From: Mobula hypostoma | Lineage: Eukaryota | Length of the DNA stretch: 64,000 nucleotides | Reading direction: 5' to 3' | Assembly (NCBI RefSeq): GCF_963921235.1 | Contig: NC_086097.1 | Location: forward strand, 255,318,001-255,382,000 | Shown here: piece by piece, positions 62,283 through 64,000 of the stretch | Numbering within the stretch: position 1 is the first letter of the stretch | Layout of the letters: every line of letters begins with the position of its first letter | Program-made: the position numbers and the translations under genes | Notes under the pieces: model-generated | Told to the model about the DNA's origin: nothing | The model's database searches: none | Seen by the model: only the letters and a program-made list of their open reading frames with translations

Positions 62283-64000
62283 CATAGAAACAATAGACAA
62301 TAGGTGCAGGAGTAGGCCATTCAGCCCTTCGAGCCAGCACCGCCATTCACTGTGATCATGGCTGATCATCCACAATCAGTACCCTGTTCCTGCTTTCTCC
62401 CCATATCCCTTGACTCCACTTTCATTAAGAGCTCTATCTAACTCTTTCTTGAAAGCATCCAGAGAATTGGCCTCCACTGCCTTCTGAGGCAGACCATTCC
62501 ACAGATCCACAACTCTCAGGGTGAAAAAGTTTTTCCTCAACTTCGTACTAAATGGCCTACCCCTTATTCTCAAATTGTGGCCTCTGGTTCTGGACTCCCC
62601 CAACATCGGGAACATGTTTCCCATCTCTAGCATGTCCAATCCCTTAATAATCTTACAAACGTTTGTACATGTTTCAATCAGATCCCCTCTCATCCTTTGA
62701 AATTCCAGTGTATACAAGCCCAGTCGCCCAATCATTCAACATATGACAGTCCCGCCATCCCGGGAATTAACCTCGTGAACCTACGCTGCACTCCCTGAAC
62801 AGCAAGAATGTCCTTCCTCAAATTTGGAAACCAAAACACTACACAATACTCCAGGTGTGGTCTTACCAGGGCCCTGTACAACTGCAGAAGGACCTCTTTG
62901 CTCCTATACTCAACTCCCCTTGTTATGCAGGCCAACATGCCATTAGCTTTCTTCACTGCCTGCTGTACCTTCATGCTTCCTTTCAGTGACTGATGAACAA
63001 GGACACCAAGATCTCATTGTACTTTCCCGTTTCCTAACTTGACACCATTCATACAGTAATCTGCCTTCCTGTTCTTGCCACCAAAGTGGATAACCTCACA
63101 TTTATTCACATTAAACTGCATCTGCCATGCATCTGCCCACTCACCCAACCTGTCCCAGTCATTCTGCATTATCTCAATATCCTCCTCACATTTCACACTG
63201 CCACCCAGTTTTGTGTCATCTGCAAATTTGCTAATGTTGCTTTTAATCCCTTCATCTAAATCATTAATGTATATTGTAAATAGCTGTGGTCCCAGCACCA
63301 AGCCTTGCGGTACCCCACTAGTCACAGCCTGCCATTCTGAAAGGGACCCGTTATTCCCTACTCTTTGTTTCCTGTCTGCCAACCAATTTACGATCCATGT
63401 CAATACCCTACCCCCAATACCATGTGCTCTAATTTTGCCCACTAACCTCCTATGTGGGACCTTATCAAAGGCTTTCTGAAAGTCCAGGTACACTACATCC
63501 ACTGGCTCTCTCTTATCCATTTTCATAGTTACATCCTCAAAAAATTCCAGAAGATTAGTCAAGCATGATTTCCCCTTTGTAAATCCATGCTGACTCGGTC
63601 CGATCCTGTTACCGCTATCCAAATATGCTGCTGTTTCATCCTTTATAATTGACTCCAGCATCTTCCCCACCACTGATCTCAGGCTAACTGTTCTATAATT
63701 CCCTGTTTTCTCTCTCCCTCCTTTCTTAAAAAGTGGGACAACATTAGCTACCCTCCAGTACTCAGGAACTGATCCTGAATCTATAGAACATTGGAAAATA
63801 ATTACCAATGTGTCCACGATTTCTAGAGCCACCTCCTTAAGTACCCTGGGGTGCAGACCATCAGGACGTGGGGATTATCACTCTTCAGTCCCATCAGTCT
63901 ATCCAACACCATTTTCTGCCTAATGTGAATTTCCTTCAGTTCCTCTGTTACCCTAAGTCCTCCGGCCACTATTACATCTCGGAGGTTGTTTGTGTCTTCC
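62283..64000 (-). mobile_element. CR1 3' half, running off the window end
   Basis: RT ORF 63014-63832 and C-terminal ORFs 62376-62974; 3' tail at ~62285. Confidence 0.9.

Overview
Vertebrate genomic DNA, most likely from a cartilaginous fish (inferred from the CR1-, Penelope- and Rex1-dominated repeat content). The one host gene I can support is CSPG5 (neuroglycan C/CALEB) on the minus strand. Coding exon 1 (signal peptide) lies at 59450-59516 in a CpG-rich promoter. A ~50.4 kb intron 1 (9087-59449) follows, then the 1231-bp exon 2 (7856-9086; chondroitin-sulfate attachment region plus the first part of the EGF domain). The remaining exons lie beyond position 1. Almost everything else is nested retroelement debris: several CR1 LINE families (one near full-length, three with long intact RT ORFs), an L1/Tx1-type LINE, Rex1/Babar-type LINEs, Penelope-like elements (PLEs; RT plus GIY-YIG), a Tigger/pogo derivative, a mariner-derived fold-back MITE, a tRNA-derived SINE, and micro- and minisatellites. 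The most notable signal is a family of nine minimal type-I hammerhead ribozyme motifs (AGTC-CTGAYGA-stem II-GAAA-CGTC-GACT) in the PLE terminal repeats. Seven are sense to the CSPG5 pre-mRNA. They include a 99-bp ribozyme-bearing insertion with a perfect 10-bp TSD and a ~420-bp-armed inverted repeat carrying one ribozyme on each strand. TE boundaries were read by eye and are approximate unless a TSD or TIR is cited.
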